A DNA stretch of 64,000 nt from Vicinamibacterales bacterium (GTDB taxonomy: Bacteria > Acidobacteriota > Vicinamibacteria > Vicinamibacterales > UBA8438), in contig CBDHGC010000004.1 of the NCBI GenBank assembly GCA_965262925.1, positions 145,112-209,111 on the forward strand, given 5' to 3'. The notes below the pieces were generated by a model. The model was not told the origin of the DNA. It did not search any database and saw only the letters and a program-made list of their open reading frames with translations. A program made the translations under genes and the position numbers. Below are positions 19,267 through 30,664 of the stretch, in pieces (position 1 is the stretch's first letter; every line of letters begins with the position of its first letter).

Positions 19267-19473
19267 ATGATGCCTGACCGTCGCTGGCGCGTGATGGGTC
19301 GCGGTCGCGGGCTGTTCGCGATCGAGGTGGACGACGGCGGTGGGTTCCGCCCGGCGACAACTGTCGAGGTCGATGCGGCACTGCGTCAGCGGGAGCTGTT
19401 CGGTGCGGCGGAGTACCCGGTGCAGCACGTCGACGCGGCCGAACGCACGGGCGACGACGTCGATGTCGGTTGA
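19267..19473 (+). CDS. Small hypothetical protein (shares the EVDAALRQRE motif with 17807)
   Basis: 68-aa ORF. The motif is also present at DNA level at 17817..17846. Confidence 0.35.
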   Translation: MMPDRRWRVMGRGRGLFAIEVDDGGGFRPATTVEVDAALRQRELFGAAEYPVQHVDAAERTGDDVDVG

Positions 19474-19488
19474 CGGCTCCGGAACCTG

Positions 19489-19734
19489 GTGGCGGTGATG
19501 GACGAGCTGTACGCGGTCGGGTGGCGGTCGGCGGGCCGGCCGCGGCAGTGGGTCTGGTCGGTGTTCCCGTCGCTGGGTGAGGCGGTTCGCGTGGCGCGCG
19601 GCTATGCGGCGTGCGACGGCGGCGGACGGTGGCGGGTCTACGGCACGCGGGTTGTCAGTGTCGGTGACGGCACGCTCGAAGCAGTCCTGGGCCACCGGCT
19701 GGCGGAGGGGCTCGAGACGCGCCGACAGGGCTGA
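19489..19734 (+). CDS. Small hypothetical protein
   Basis: 81-aa ORF. Its stop overlaps the next ATG. A decayed DNA copy of its 5-prime part lies at 17655..17740. Confidence 0.45.
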   Translation: MAVMDELYAVGWRSAGRPRQWVWSVFPSLGEAVRVARGYAACDGGGRWRVYGTRVVSVGDGTLEAVLGHRLAEGLETRRQG

Positions 19735-19934
19735 TGCCGGAGCAGAAGCTCGTGGTCCCGGCGTGCCCTCGCCGCGAGAACGGGCACCTGTGGCGGTTCG
19801 ACCGGGAGCGTTCGACTGGGGATTGTCAAGCAGATGTGTGCCAAGCCTGCGGGCTGGTGCGGTTGACGTCGTATCGGACGGGGCAGGTGGTGCGCTATGC
19901 GGGTTCGGGGGCGGCGACGGCGTATGAAAGGTGA
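19734..19934 (+). CDS. Small Cys-rich (Zn-ribbon-like) protein
   Basis: 66 aa, with C-x14-C...C-x2-C. Translationally coupled to 19489..19734. Confidence 0.45.
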   Translation: MPEQKLVVPACPRRENGHLWRFDRERSTGDCQADVCQACGLVRLTSYRTGQVVRYAGSGAATAYER

Positions 19935-20012
19935 GCAGGGTCGAGTGTTGCAACCTGATAGCGCGCGCGCACCGTTCGGTCGGCGGCGAATCTGAAGGCA
20001 AGGGACGGTATC

Positions 20013-20312
20013 GTGAGCGGCCAGCGTCTGATCGGGGCTCATCTTCCGACGACGCATCCCGAGCGTCGGGAGACGCGTCCTGGGCGGTGCTCTGGCTGCC
20101 TGACGCGCTTCGTGGTCGACGTGCGGCTGCCGTGGCCGTCGAGGTGTCCGGACTGCGGCGGCTCTGTGGTCTCCGAGGGGGATGTCGAGCCGGTGGCGCG
20201 CCGCCTGCCGTTCGAGGGTCCGCGGCGGCAGAGGCGCAGCCGGGGCGCCCCGCTCGGCGGCTCGGCCGCGGCGTCCGGCCTGGGGACCTCGATGGTGCGG
20301 GCCAGGCCGTGA
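20013..20312 (+). CDS. Small Zn-ribbon protein
   Basis: CSGC...CPDCGG pairs in a 99-aa ORF. Confidence 0.4.
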   Translation: MSGQRLIGAHLPTTHPERRETRPGRCSGCLTRFVVDVRLPWPSRCPDCGGSVVSEGDVEPVARRLPFEGPRRQRRSRGAPLGGSAAASGLGTSMVRARP

Positions 20313-20532
20313 TGCCCGCCGTTCGACGCGATGCGGATCCGGCCGGGTGAGCAGGATAAAGTCGGGGTGGTGGTCGAAGGCGACCTGCTGTGTGACGAGA
20401 CTCGTGGTCCTGGTCCGGGGCTGCCGGCTGGGCAATGTCCGGCAGTCCGAACGGTAGAAGGTGGGACGGGTCCGGGACCACGATCCCCTGCAGAACTTGT
20501 CGCTCGTCGAAGGCGACGCGGAAGGAAGTAAC

Positions 20533-20785
20533 GGTGGACGAGCCGACAAGCGCGGAATGGGTGATCGGCGAGTGGGTCACGCTCGACCGCGAGCTGCATC
20601 CATTCGAGGCGCTGGAGCTGGCGATGGTCATTGAGGCGGTGAAGCTGCATGTGCTGCACGGCTGGCCGCGCTGGTGGGCGTGGACGTTCGCGAGCTTGGT
20701 CGCGGAGATCGCCATCGGCATCTTGGAAGCAGCTGCCGGTGAGCTTGTGATCGTCGACCATGACGTCGGGGAGACGATCCATTGA
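20533..20785 (+). CDS. Small hypothetical protein
   Basis: GTG start after GGAAGGAAG. Balanced, W-rich composition unlike the surrounding shadow ORFs. Confidence 0.35.
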
Positions 20786-21029
20786 CCCGCCGTGTGTGCC
20801 GGGTCACTTTGGGTGGTCGAATGGGGGGACACGTACGACCATTCGCTGGCCGCCCGTCTGCGGCCGGCCAGCAGACCGGACCTTGATGGTGGAGCCCGAC
20901 TCCGCCGAACCCATCTGGAAAATCCGCGCAGCGTGTCGAGGAGTGGCGGCGTGCCCGGTGTCGTGGATCTCGGCGACGTTAGGCGTCGGTCGGTCCACCA
21001 GTCGGTCCTGCTGACTGGACGTTCGCTCG

Positions 21030-21192
21030 CGGTTGGGTAGCCGATCGCCTTGCCGATCTCGAAGCTGGTCGATCCCGGGTCGGCCGGGTCGCCGTCGGCC
21101 AGCACGACCAGCAGGTCGATGTCGCTGGTCTCGCCCAGCTCGCCGCGCGCTCCGGAGCCGAACAGCACGACCTCCACCCCCGCGATCATCAT
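21030..21192 (-). pseudogene. Nucleotidyltransferase (MNT-type) N-terminal segment; downstream frame unclear
   Basis: VEVVLFGSGARGELGETSDIDLLVVLADG at the start of the 859-aa shadow ORF. The rest of that ORF is not protein-like. Confidence 0.45.
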
Positions 21193-21229
21193 CTACTGGT
21201 GATCACCGGCTGGCGAGACCGACCGGTAC

Positions 21230-21258
21230 TTGACTTGCGTCTCAAGCGGTAATATGTT
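21230..21258 (+). promoter_or_regulatory. Candidate sigma70-type promoter for 21267..21599
   Basis: TTGACT (21230), 17-nt spacer, TATGTT (21253). An AT-rich island in GC-rich DNA, 9 nt before the ATG. Confidence 0.3.
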
Positions 21259-21266
21259 TATGCCTC

Positions 21267-21599
21267 ATGGCGCGGGCCACCAAGGCCGACAAGGCGCGCT
21301 TGCTCAACGCCGCGTACCGGCTGCTCGGGCAGCAGATGGAACGCGCCGAGGCGGCCCGCCATCTCGGTCGCGAGTTTGCATTGTCCCGCCGGCAAGCCTA
21401 CCGCTATCTCCAGGAAGCAGCCGGGCTGAGCGCTCCGCTGCCGGCGGTCGAGCCGACCGTCGCGATCACCTTCAAGCTGCCGGTCAGCACCGTACGCGCA
21501 ATCCGCGCCTATGCCCGCCAGAGCGGACTCTCCCTCGGACAAGTCGTCACCCAGGCGGTGACGGCGTTCCTGGACACCTTCCGTCAGCGACGTGGGTGA
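21267..21599 (+). CDS. Small DNA-binding regulator (HTH N-terminus, RHH-like C-terminus) upstream of the serine recombinase
   Basis: 110-aa ORF with LSRRQAYRYLQEA (HTH-like) and ITFKLPVSTVRAIRAYARQSGLSLGQVV (CopG/RHH-like). Confidence 0.55.
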   Translation: MARATKADKARLLNAAYRLLGQQMERAEAARHLGREFALSRRQAYRYLQEAAGLSAPLPAVEPTVAITFKLPVSTVRAIRAYARQSGLSLGQVVTQAVTAFLDTFRQRRG

Positions 21600-21742
21600 A
21601 CGACAACCACGGAATGCTCTGCGGCAGGTGCAGCTCGATTGCACGTTCGATCGACTTCGCGACAGCAAGATCGCCCAGGCGTACACGTTGTTGGTGCCGG
21701 CCCGTATGCGTCCGGTTGCAGCTTATGGAATGGAGCGTCCAC

Positions 21743-23395
21743 ATGCAGATGGCGGCGATTTACACGCGCGTGTCCTCGAACCAGCAGCGCGAAGCGCACA
21801 CGATCGCGAGCCAGACGGCGGCGCTGGTCGATTGGGCCGCGACGCTCGATCTGGAGGCGCCCCAGCAATGGATCTTCGAAGACGAAGGCTATAGCGGGGC
21901 GACTCTCGAACGGCCGGGATTGGAACAGGTGCGCGACCTCGCAGCCGCCGGCGACATCCAGGTGGTGCTCGTGCACAGTCCGGATCGGCTGAGTCGGAAG
22001 TACGCCTACCAGGTGCTGTTGATCGAAGAGTTCGGACGTCACGGGGTCGAGACCCGGTTCCTCAACGGCCCGTCGAACGCTACCGCCGAGGATCAGCTGC
22101 TGGTGCAGTTTCAGGGCATGATCGCCGAGTACGAACGCGCTCAGATTCTCGAACGGTCGCGTCGTGGCAAGCGCCACCGCGCGCGAGCCGGTGAGATCAG
22201 TGTCCTGGGCGGCGCTCCCTATGGTTATCGCTACATTCGCAAGCGTGAGGACAATCCCGCAGCGTACATCGTCATCGACGCCGAAGCGCGCGTTGTCCGC
22301 GACGTCTACGAGCACTACACCGTCACGGGCTGGAGCATCGCGGCGATCACCCGCTGGCTCAACGAGCAAGGCGTGCCCACGCGGAAGGTCGGCACCCGTT
22401 GGGAACGCTCCACCGTATGGGCGATGCTGCGCAACCCGGCCTATCGCGGCACGGCGTGCTTCGGCAAGACGCAACGAGCCCACCGGCAGCGCGTGACGCG
22501 CCCACTACGGCTGCGCGGCGGCGCCGCCAGTCGCGACAGTGCGAACCACGAACGGCCGCGCGAGGAATGGATCGAGATCCCGGTGCCGGTGATCGTGGAC
22601 GAGTCGACCTTCGCGCGCGCACAGGAACTGCTGCACGAGAACAAGGTGCACGCCCGGCGGCGCACGCTCGAACCGAGCCTCGTACAGGGGCTCGTGAGTT
22701 GCCAGAAATGTGGCTACGCGCTCTCTCGCGCGTCGGCCCGGTCGAGCGCCCGGAAGATTCACTACTACCGCTGCATCGGATCCGACGGGTGGCGGCACCT
22801 CGGCGGCCCCCGGTGCGACACGCGCCCCGTGCGGCAGGACCTGTTGGACGAGGTCGTCTGGACCGAAGTGATACGGTTGCTTGAGGAACCGGCACTGATC
22901 CAACAGGAACTGGACCGCCGGCTGGCCGCCGCTCAGGCTGCTGACCCCGCGAAGACCCGCACGCAGGCGGTGGAGCGGGACCTCGCGCGAGTCGGGAAGA
23001 GCATGGAACGGCTGCTCACCGCCTACCAGGAGGATCTGCTGTCGCTTGAGCAGCTACGCGAGCGGATGCCGTTGCTGCGTCAACGCGAGCAGACGCTACG
23101 CCACGAGTTGAACGCTTTGGTCGAGCAGACTCGCGAGCGCGCCGCGCATCTGCGCCTGGCCGAGACCCTGTCAGCGTTTCTCACGCGCCTGCGCGCCGCG
23201 GCCGCGGCGCTCGACATCGTGGAGCGGCAGCGAATCGTGCGCCTCGTCGTCAAAGAGGTCCTCGTCAATGACGACACGATCGTGATCCGCCACTGCATTC
23301 CCGTGCCCTCGGGACCACCGCCAACGAACGGTGGCGGACCGAACAAGGACGCCGACAACGCCGCGGACCCTCGAAGTTACCTTTTGCGTTCGGGG
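21743..23395 (+). pseudogene. Large serine recombinase, extreme 3-prime end replaced by a group II intron remnant
   Basis: AAIYTRVSSNQQ catalytic-Ser motif, resolvase domain, recombinase domain, Zn-ribbon CQKCGY...YYRC and a coiled coil. The frame runs into unrelated sequence after ...SYLLRSG. Confidence 0.85.
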
Positions 23396-24065
23396 AGTAG
23401 CGAGCCCGCTCCTGGCCAATATCTTCTTGCACCTCGCGTTCGACGACTGGATGCGGTCGACGCACCCGGACGTTCCGTTCGAGAGGTACGCGGACGATAT
23501 CGTCGCGCACTGTCGGACGGAGACGCAGGCGCAGCAGGTCCTGTCGCACATCAAACGTCGTCTGGCGCAATGCCGGCTGGACGTCCATCCGGAGAAGACG
23601 CACATCGTCTACTGTAAGGATGACGACCGGCCGGGGCAGTATCCCACGGAGCAGTTCACCTTCTTGGGATACACGTTTCGCTCGCGTCGGTCGAAGAATC
23701 GGTGGGGTAAGTACTTCATCAACTTCGCGCCGGCAGTGAGTAATGCGGCAGCGACGCGGATGCGACAAGCGCTGCGACGTCGGCACCTCCCTCGGCGCTG
23801 CGACAAGGCCATCGACGACCTGGCCCGCATGTGGAATCCTGTCCTTCGAGGGTGGATTCAATACTACGGCCGTTTCTACAAATCGGCCCTGTATCCGGTC
23901 TTTCGCCACTTCAATGGCCTGTTGGTTCGATGGGCCATGCGGAAATACAAGAGGCTACGGCGACATCGCCGTCGAGCCAGTCACTGGCTCGGTGGCCTTG
24001 CTCGTCGCGAGCCCCGGCTGTTCGCCCATTGGCATCTGCTGGGGGTGACGCCGGCGGCTGGATGA
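23385..24065 (+). pseudogene. Group II intron reverse transcriptase/maturase, 5-prime truncated
   Basis: SPLLANIFLH, RYADDIV (the YADD box) and maturase X-domain RGWIQYYGRFY. Confidence 0.8.
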
Positions 24066-24068
24066 TGG

Positions 24069-24145
24069 GAGCTGTATGAGCGGAGACGTTCACGTACAGT
24101 TCTGCGAGCGCCCGGGGGTGAGATTCCCCCGGGCGACTCACCTCG
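24069..24145 (+). ncRNA. Group II intron domains V-VI (3-prime end of the truncated intron)
   Basis: 34-nt DV GAGCTGTATGAGCGGAGACGTTCACGTACAGTTC right after the RT stop, followed by a GC hairpin with a bulged A. Confidence 0.6.
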
Positions 24146-24234
24146 GGGTGCACGACAAGAAAGTGAGGGTTTGCCGTAGGGGGGTATCGAGCGAGCGCTG
24201 ATCGTCCGATTCCTCGGGTAGGAGGACTCCGACC

Positions 24235-24465
24235 ATGCCCGAGGCGCAGTTGACGGAACCGCTCGCTGACGCGGCCGAAAAAGGGGGCTTCAAGGAGGAG
24301 ATGTTCGCCGCCTTGAAGTCGGCGGTCGAGGCCGATGTCGACGCGTTCCTCAGGCGGGGGAGCGTGAATGCGCAGGACTTCGAGACGCTCCTGCAGACGG
24401 TTCGCCGCCGCGCGCTCGCCACGGCGACCCGGGTCGTAGAAGCGGCTGGGGCGCAACGCTCGTAG
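24235..24465 (+). CDS. Short ORF upstream of the ISKra4-type transposase (possible N-terminal remnant or accessory ORF)
   Basis: AGGAGG 9 nt upstream. The motif DFETLLQTVRRRAL echoes DFEALEQAVRHQAL at the transposase N-terminus. Confidence 0.35.
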   Translation: MPEAQLTEPLADAAEKGGFKEEMFAALKSAVEADVDAFLRRGSVNAQDFETLLQTVRRRALATATRVVEAAGAQRS

Positions 24466-24515
24466 CCGCTATCGGGGCCGAAGTCGATGCGCTCGTCGGT
24501 CCCGGGCGCGCCGAG

Positions 24516-25781
24516 GTGGCGGACTTCGAGGCCCTCGAACAGGCGGTCCGTCACCAAGCCCTCGACATCGCCGCGCAGTGGATGGCGCAGCGCTTCAACG
24601 CAGACGATTCCGACCATTCGGGTTCGACCACAGCATGCGCCTGCGGCCGGCGGGCGCGCTACGCCGGCCGTCGCCCGAAGACGTTCACCACACTGTTGGG
24701 GCCGGTTACCCTGCAACGCGCCTACTACCACTGCGACGCCTGCCGCAGCGGGGTGTGTCCGCGCGACCAGGCCCTGGGTCTGCAAGGTAGCTCGCTGTCA
24801 CCGGCCATCACGCGGCTGGTGGGACTGACGGCGGCCGAGGGCAGCTTCGCCAAGGCGAGCGAGTGGTTGACCGCCCTGGCCGGGGTGAATGTCGAGACCC
24901 GGCAGGTCGAGCGCTGTGCCGAGGCGCTCGGACGCGACATCGCTGACGACGAGCGCTCGGTCACCGAGCAGCCCGCCGCGGCGCCCGCGCCGACGATGTA
25001 CCTGGGGCTGGACGGCACCGGCGTGCCGGTGCGCCCAACCGAGGTCGAAGGACGCCGCGGCAAGCAGCCCGACGGCTCGGCCAAGACCCGCGAGGTCAAG
25101 CTGGCCACCGTGTGGACGGCCGAAGGGCGCGACACACAAGGCCGCCCCGTGCGGGACCGCGGGTCGGTCAGCTACAACGCCGCAGTCGAAAGCGCGGCCA
25201 GCCGCGACACCGACCCGCAGCCGGCCGCCTTCGCACAACGGGCCTATCGCGAGGCAATACGGCGCGGTTTCGACTCTGCAGCCCAGCGCGTCGTCATCGG
25301 CGACGGCGCCGCGTGGATCTGGAACCTGGCCGCCGAGCACTTTCCCGGCGCCATCGAGATCGTTGATATCTACCACGCCAAGCAGCACCTGTGCGACGTC
25401 GCCAAGGCCATCTACGGCCCCGGAACCGACCTGGCCGACCGGTGGGCCAGGGACCGGCGTGCCGAACTGGACGCCGGCCGGCTGTGCGCCGTCGTCGCCG
25501 CGCTGCGCATCCATGTCGAGACCACGCCCGAGGCGCGAAAGTGCATTCACTACCTGTTCGGGAACCGCCACCGGATGCGCTATCCGCAGTTCCGCGCCAG
25601 GGGCCTGTGCGTCTCGTCGGGCGTCGTCGAGGCCGGATGCAAGCAGATCGGCGACCGGCTCAAGCGCGCCGGCATGCGCTGGACCGTCGCCGGGGCCAAC
25701 GCCATCATCGCGCTGCGCTGCTGCATCCTCAGCGGACGCTTCGAGGACTTCTGGGAGCGACGAGCCGCAAATGCCGCCTGA
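24516..25781 (+). CDS. ISKra4-family DDE transposase
   Basis: 421-aa ORF. Zn-ribbon CACG...YYHCDAC, LGLDGTGVP, IGDGAAWIW, VDIYHAKQHL and GVVEAGCKQI blocks. Confidence 0.7.
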   Translation: MADFEALEQAVRHQALDIAAQWMAQRFNADDSDHSGSTTACACGRRARYAGRRPKTFTTLLGPVTLQRAYYHCDACRSGVCPRDQALGLQGSSLSPAITRLVGLTAAEGSFAKASEWLTALAGVNVETRQVERCAEALGRDIADDERSVTEQPAAAPAPTMYLGLDGTGVPVRPTEVEGRRGKQPDGSAKTREVKLATVWTAEGRDTQGRPVRDRGSVSYNAAVESAASRDTDPQPAAFAQRAYREAIRRGFDSAAQRVVIGDGAAWIWNLAAEHFPGAIEIVDIYHAKQHLCDVAKAIYGPGTDLADRWARDRRAELDAGRLCAVVAALRIHVETTPEARKCIHYLFGNRHRMRYPQFRARGLCVSSGVVEAGCKQIGDRLKRAGMRWTVAGANAIIALRCCILSGRFEDFWERRAANAA

Positions 25782-25807
25782 CGCTCATCTCACAATGATG
25801 TCGTGCA

Positions 25808-26191
25808 CCCCTCACCTCGTCGTTGGTTGCCAACGCAAGGAGGATGCGGAACAGTTTCTCCGCGACCTCAAGGAGCGCCTGGGCCAATTCGCGCTTGATC
25901 TGCACCCCGACAAGACGCGCCTCATCGAGTTCGGCCGATTCGCGATGGTGGACCGCCGAGCACGGGGGGCACGCCGACCGGAGACCTTCGATTTCCTCGG
26001 ATTCACGCACTACTGCCGGAAGACGAGGAACGGCGGCTTTGGTTTGGGGCGTAAACCGATTGCGAAGCGGGTCAAGCGAACCTTGAAACGGCTCAAGGAG
26101 CGACTTCGCGCGCGGATGCACGAAGACGTCCACGATACGGCGCAATGGTTGGGGAAGGTGGTCAACGGCTGGCTGAACTACTATGCCGTAC
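25808..26191 (+). pseudogene. Second group II intron RT/maturase fragment, part 1 (cut on both sides)
   Basis: ...LDLHPDKTRLIEFGRF...FDFLGFTHY...GWLNYYAV. Continues in frame at 30471 once the IS nest and one target-duplication copy are removed. Confidence 0.75.
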
Positions 26192-27062
26192 CACTACTGT
26201 CCCACATTTTCAGCGCCACAGCAGTATCTGAGGGTCTGGGGAACCCGGTGGCGAGGGCGTCGTGAACAGCTCCACCAGTGGACGGCGGTCGAACAGGTTG
26301 AGCTGGAGAACTCGTAGCATCTGGTGCAGGCTCCAGCTCAGTCGCAGGACGAACTTCAGGTAGGCCAACAGCAGGTACATACACGTCGCCACCCACAGTT
26401 GCGACAGAACCGCGTTCTTCGTCCGCCCGACGAAGCGTTTCACCTTCAGATGCTGCTTGATCCACTTGAAAAACAGCTCGATTTGCCACCGCGACTTGTA
26501 CAGGTTGGCAATCGTCTTCCCAACGGGCGCATTCCCGATTTCCCGGAGCAGTGTGTAGGCAAAGATGGACTGTGAGGCTGGGGGAGGTTGAGCCGGTCTT
26601 CGGACAGACGGGGAGGGTGGTACTGGACATTACGGCTCGGACTGCCCATGATGGTGCGTTGAAATGGACAAGAGCGCCATCGACACCCCGAGCCGCGAGG
26701 TCGATCTTGGCAACATTCCCGTCCACCTGCGCACTGCCCTCCGGCGGGCGCTGGAGTTTGAGGCGCGTGCTCCAGCGCCCAGGTCGGCAGAGGAAGCGGA
26801 GCAGTGCGAAGAGCAGCTGCGGGCCATCGCGGACGAGTTCTTCGGCGCCCTCCTCACCCCCGTGCTGCAACGCGCGGTGCGCTCCGCCGCGGTTGGCGAC
26901 GCGGCGAGCGCCCTCGTGCGCCACCTGCCCCGGCGGATGCGGAGCGACGGCCTGGAGACCGTCAACGTTCGCACCTCCCGGGGCACGACGGTGCCGGTCA
27001 CGACGCCGTACTACCGCGAGAAACACGCCCGTCGGGCGAAGCGGAGGCCGGGACTCTACCCC

Positions 27063-28459
27063 ATAGGCGCTAACTTGTTAAGGCCACATGGTCCTCCGGC
27101 AGCTCAGTTCAGCCGAAGTACGTGGAGAGTTGCGGCTGTCGGCGACGTGGCGGCTCCGCCAGCTCGCCGGAGATCGTTCGCCAGTCGCTGATCATGCGCG
27201 CCAGCGGGAGCGGCGGTTCGATGGCGCGCGTGACCTGGTTGAGCACGAACTTGAAGTCACGCCACGCGCTCGGGGGGCGCCGGCGCCGGCACGTCGTAGC
27301 CCCAGGGGGAAATCGCGCGGGCGTGGTGGATCAGCTTCTCCACCAGCAGCGCCACGAACAGTTTCCCGTAGAGCCACGCCTTGGCGCTGTCGTCGTCGTA
27401 CTTCGGCACGTGCCCCAACTGGGCCAGCGACTTGAAGCGCTTGAACACCAATTCGACCTGCCAGCGCAGGCGATACCACTCCAGCACGTCCGCGGCGGAA
27501 AAGGGTGGCTCGGGAAAGGTCGTGAAGACGATCACGTACTCAGCAAAGCGCAGCGTGGCCGGTTGCACCTGGTTGCCCTTGCGGGCGGCGTCTCGGCGGA
27601 CTTTCAGGTGCGCCAAGCGGATGGCTTCCGCCGACTTGCGGAGCACGCAGACCCGGCCCGCAATCTTGCCGGCCGGGCCGCCATCGTCGCCCGGGACCGC
27701 GACCGTGATCGCCCAGGACCGGCCGGCGCCCGGACGCGTGACCGACCCCACCGCCGCAAGCAGGTCGAACGGCCGCCCGGCCGTCGTGCACAGCGGCAGC
27801 GACCCCGTGTTGACACGCACAATCAGCCGCCCGCCCGCGTCGACCACGTGGCGAATGCCCCGGGCCGTCGAATAGCCGCGGTCGGCCAGCACATGGTCGC
27901 CGGCGCGGATCGGGAACTGCGCCAACGATTCTCCCGTGCCCGGCCCCTCGGTCCCCGTCAGCTTGAAGAAGTCGCACGCCAGCGACGGCAGGCCCACGCT
28001 GTAGTGCAGGCGCCACAGCGACCCGCTCGGGCCCGGTTCCTTCACCGTCGTCGCATCCACGGCCCGGACCTGGAACGCGCCTCCGGGGATGACCGCCAGA
28101 CCCTGCTCCTCGAACAGGCGGACACACAGCGCGTGCAACCAACCCTTTGGATTTCTTCAGCCGCTTCAACAGCGCCACGTCGGACAGGTCCGCCAGATGC
28201 GCCTGCCGGGCCCGAACCACCGTTTCCCGCAACGAGTGTCCGCAGCCGAGGTGCAGCAGGAGGGTCCGCAGGAGGTTGTCGACCGTCTTGTCCTTGCGCA
28301 GCCCCTTCAACGCCCCGGTGTCCTGCGCCAACTCGCGCCAGTCCTGAGGGAAGAACGACACCAGCACATCCCAGTCCTCGTCCACCGTGCCGGCCTCCGT
28401 GTCATGCATCCACATGCCAGGATACGCCGGCCATGCCGCGAAAACAAGTTAGCGCCTAT
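27063..28459 (-). mobile_element. IS4-family insertion sequence nested inside the ISKra4-like transposase gene
   Basis: Perfect 17-bp inverted repeats ATAGGCGCTAACTTGTT. Flanking direct repeat GGGACTCTACCCC, giving a 9-13 bp duplication depending on the exact end. Confidence 0.85.
27257..28415 (-). pseudogene. IS4-family transposase, frameshifted near 28140
   Basis: N-part to ...LKRLKKSKG, then WLHALCVRLFEEQG... in another frame. The C-terminus has YRLRWQVELVFKRFKS (the Y-R-E-K signature). Confidence 0.8.
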
Positions 28460-30470
28460 GGGACTCTACCCCGCCTTGGTGGTGCTGGGCATCTACGACC
28501 GGTGCACGCCGAAGCTGGCCTCCGATGCAAGCCGCGCGGTCGCCATGCTCAGCTCGCTGGCCGAAGCGCAGGCGCAGCTCCGCTCCGACGGCATCGCCCT
28601 GGATATCAAGACCCTCCGCTCGACCGCCTATCGCTACGCTGCGCGGGCCCGAGCGGCCCAGCAGAGCGCGGCGTGCGGTCTGCTGGACCGCGTGACCGGG
28701 AAGCGGGTGGTCGTCTCCCTCGACGGGGGCCGCGTCCGTGTGAGGCGCAAGAAGCGTGGCCCCAAGACGAAGAAGGGGCGCAACCGATTCCATACCGACT
28801 GGAAGGAACCGAAGCTCCTCATCCTGTACGTCGTCGGCGACGACGGGCGACCGTCTCAGACGGGGGCCCCGATCATCGACGGCACGCTCCGGGGACCGGA
28901 GGCGGTCTTCGCCCTGCTGTTGTCGTACGCGCGGCAGATCGGCCTCAACGCCGCTGACAAGGTGCTCTTCATCGCCGACGGCGCGCCCTGGATCTGGCAA
29001 CGCATCCCGCGCCTCATCGCCGCGCTCGGGCTCTCGCCGACACAGGTGCTGGGGCTGATCGACTTCTATCATGCCGCGAAGCAACTCTCCGACGCGGTCA
29101 AGCTGCGCCGCTGGAGCGCGACGCAACGCACCCGCTGGCTCAACCGCACGCGGGGGCTGCTCAAGCGAGCACGGGTGGACGAGGTGATCACGGCCCTGCG
29201 GGAGCTGTGCCGCGGGCGCACGGCCGGCAAGATCCGCACGCACCTCAACTACTTCCTGAAGAACCGTCATCGTTTCGCCTACACCACAATGGTCGGGCTC
29301 GGGCTTCCGCGGGGCAGCGGTGCCGTCGAAAGCGCCATCCGTCGCGTCATCAATCTCCGCATCAAGGGCGCCTCCATCTATTGGCTACCGGAGAGCGTCG
29401 ACGCGATTCTTCTCCTGCGGTCTTTCTATAAGTCCGGCAGATGGAACTGTTTGCAGCGGATGGCCATGACGCCGGTGGGTGTGAGCGCGTGACCGGGAAA
29501 TCGGGAATGCGCCCTTCCCAACCCACGTCGTGTTGTTCGTCACGAACACGTAGCTCCGCCGCGTTTCCTCGTCCCAGTAGCCGACCCGCCGCAGCGTGCC
29601 CGGATAGGCCTTGCGGCTACGCGCACTGGTCAACTCGATCGTCTGGTCGCTCAACACCCCGGTCCGGATGTCGACGTCGTGCTCACGCACCACCTGATAG
29701 CGCACGTTCCGCTTCAGGCGGGTCACAAAGGTCACCCCCCCGTTGCTGCAACTGATGGAGCCACCCGAAATCAAGATACGCGCGGTCGGCCACCACCACG
29801 CTGCCGGCCGGGAACGTCCACGTGCGGGCCACCGTGACGTCGCCGGTCTTGCCGTCGGTCACGCTGATGAACGTTGGCAGATGTCCCGCCAGGTCCACGC
29901 CGACGTGCAGCTTGATCGCGCCTTTCGTGCGCCGGAACGACGCCCACGGGAAGGCCGCCAGACACAAGTCGATGGTCGACGCGTCCACCGCGTACAGCTT
30001 GTTCTTGAACCGGAAGCCATGCCGCGGAGCCCGCTGCTGGCAGCGGGCCAGCAGGCGTCCGAAGAGCGCTTCGTAGAGCGTGTACGGCTGCTGTGCGTTC
30101 ACCCGCGCCAACGAGGAACGACTGACGAACGCTCGCACACCCAAGTGATAGAGCTTGTGGGGTTGGGCGCGCAGGTTGCCGACGATGTCGCGCAGGCTCT
30201 GCAGGCCGCCCAGTTGTCCCAGGCCGAGGGCGACGAACTGCGCCCAGCGGCTCATCACGCGGAGTCTCTGGCCCTCCTGGTGCTGTCGAGCCTCGGCGTC
30301 GAATTCATGTCGGGGAAGCAAGTCGAGAAGCTGCCGGAAGACTGTGGTATTATGGGCCACGGCTTGGATCTCCTGTCTTTTGAACGATTTGGAGCAAAGT
30401 CATTCTATCAGACACGGAGGTTTCAAGCCGCCCTAATTTGAAGGTCTATGGGACAGTAGTGATGCCGTAC

Positions 30471-30664
30471 CGACCAGCGCCCAGACCCTTCGCGGCTTCA
30501 TACGGCGTCTTGAGTGGATTTGGCTCACGACCTTGCGTCGACGGTCACAAAAGACACGGACGACGATAGCTCATGTAAGGCGCCTCGCAACGGTATATTG
30601 GCCCTCCGTGAGGGTTCGGCACCCTTGGCCTGACACGCGGTTTGCCGTCAACCACCCGAGGTAG
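30471..30664 (+). pseudogene. Second group II intron RT/maturase fragment, part 2 (C-terminus)
   Basis: (P)TSAQTLRGFIRRLEWIWLTTLRRRSQKTRTT...HPWPDTRFAV then stop; in frame with 25808..26191. Confidence 0.7.

Larger units (their letters stand above)
26525..29514 (+). mobile_element. ISKra4-like insertion sequence, copy 1, with a nested IS4-family element
   Basis: 22-bp inverted repeats GGGCGCATTCCCGATTTCCCGG. 8-bp duplication TTCCCAAC (26517..26524 and 29515..29522). Transposase split into 26664..27062 and 28460..29492. Intact copy at 47375..48959. Confidence 0.85.
26192..30461 (-). mobile_element. IS4-family element (YKSRWQIELFFKWIKQHL type), itself interrupted by an ISKra4-like element
   Basis: Inverted repeats CACTACTGTCCCA. 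9-bp duplication ATGCCGTAC (26183..26191 and 30462..30470). Transposase pieces at 29515..30360 and 26210..26524 on the minus strand, with a frameshift in a 7-nt C/G run at 29735..29741. Confidence 0.85.

Noticed and set aside
18613-21029. Remainder of the 859-aa minus-strand ORF
   Set aside because: Only the first ~55 codons (NTase motif) look protein-like. The rest is Ser/Arg/Pro/Ala-rich and overlaps better plus-strand ORFs, including the bactofilin gene.
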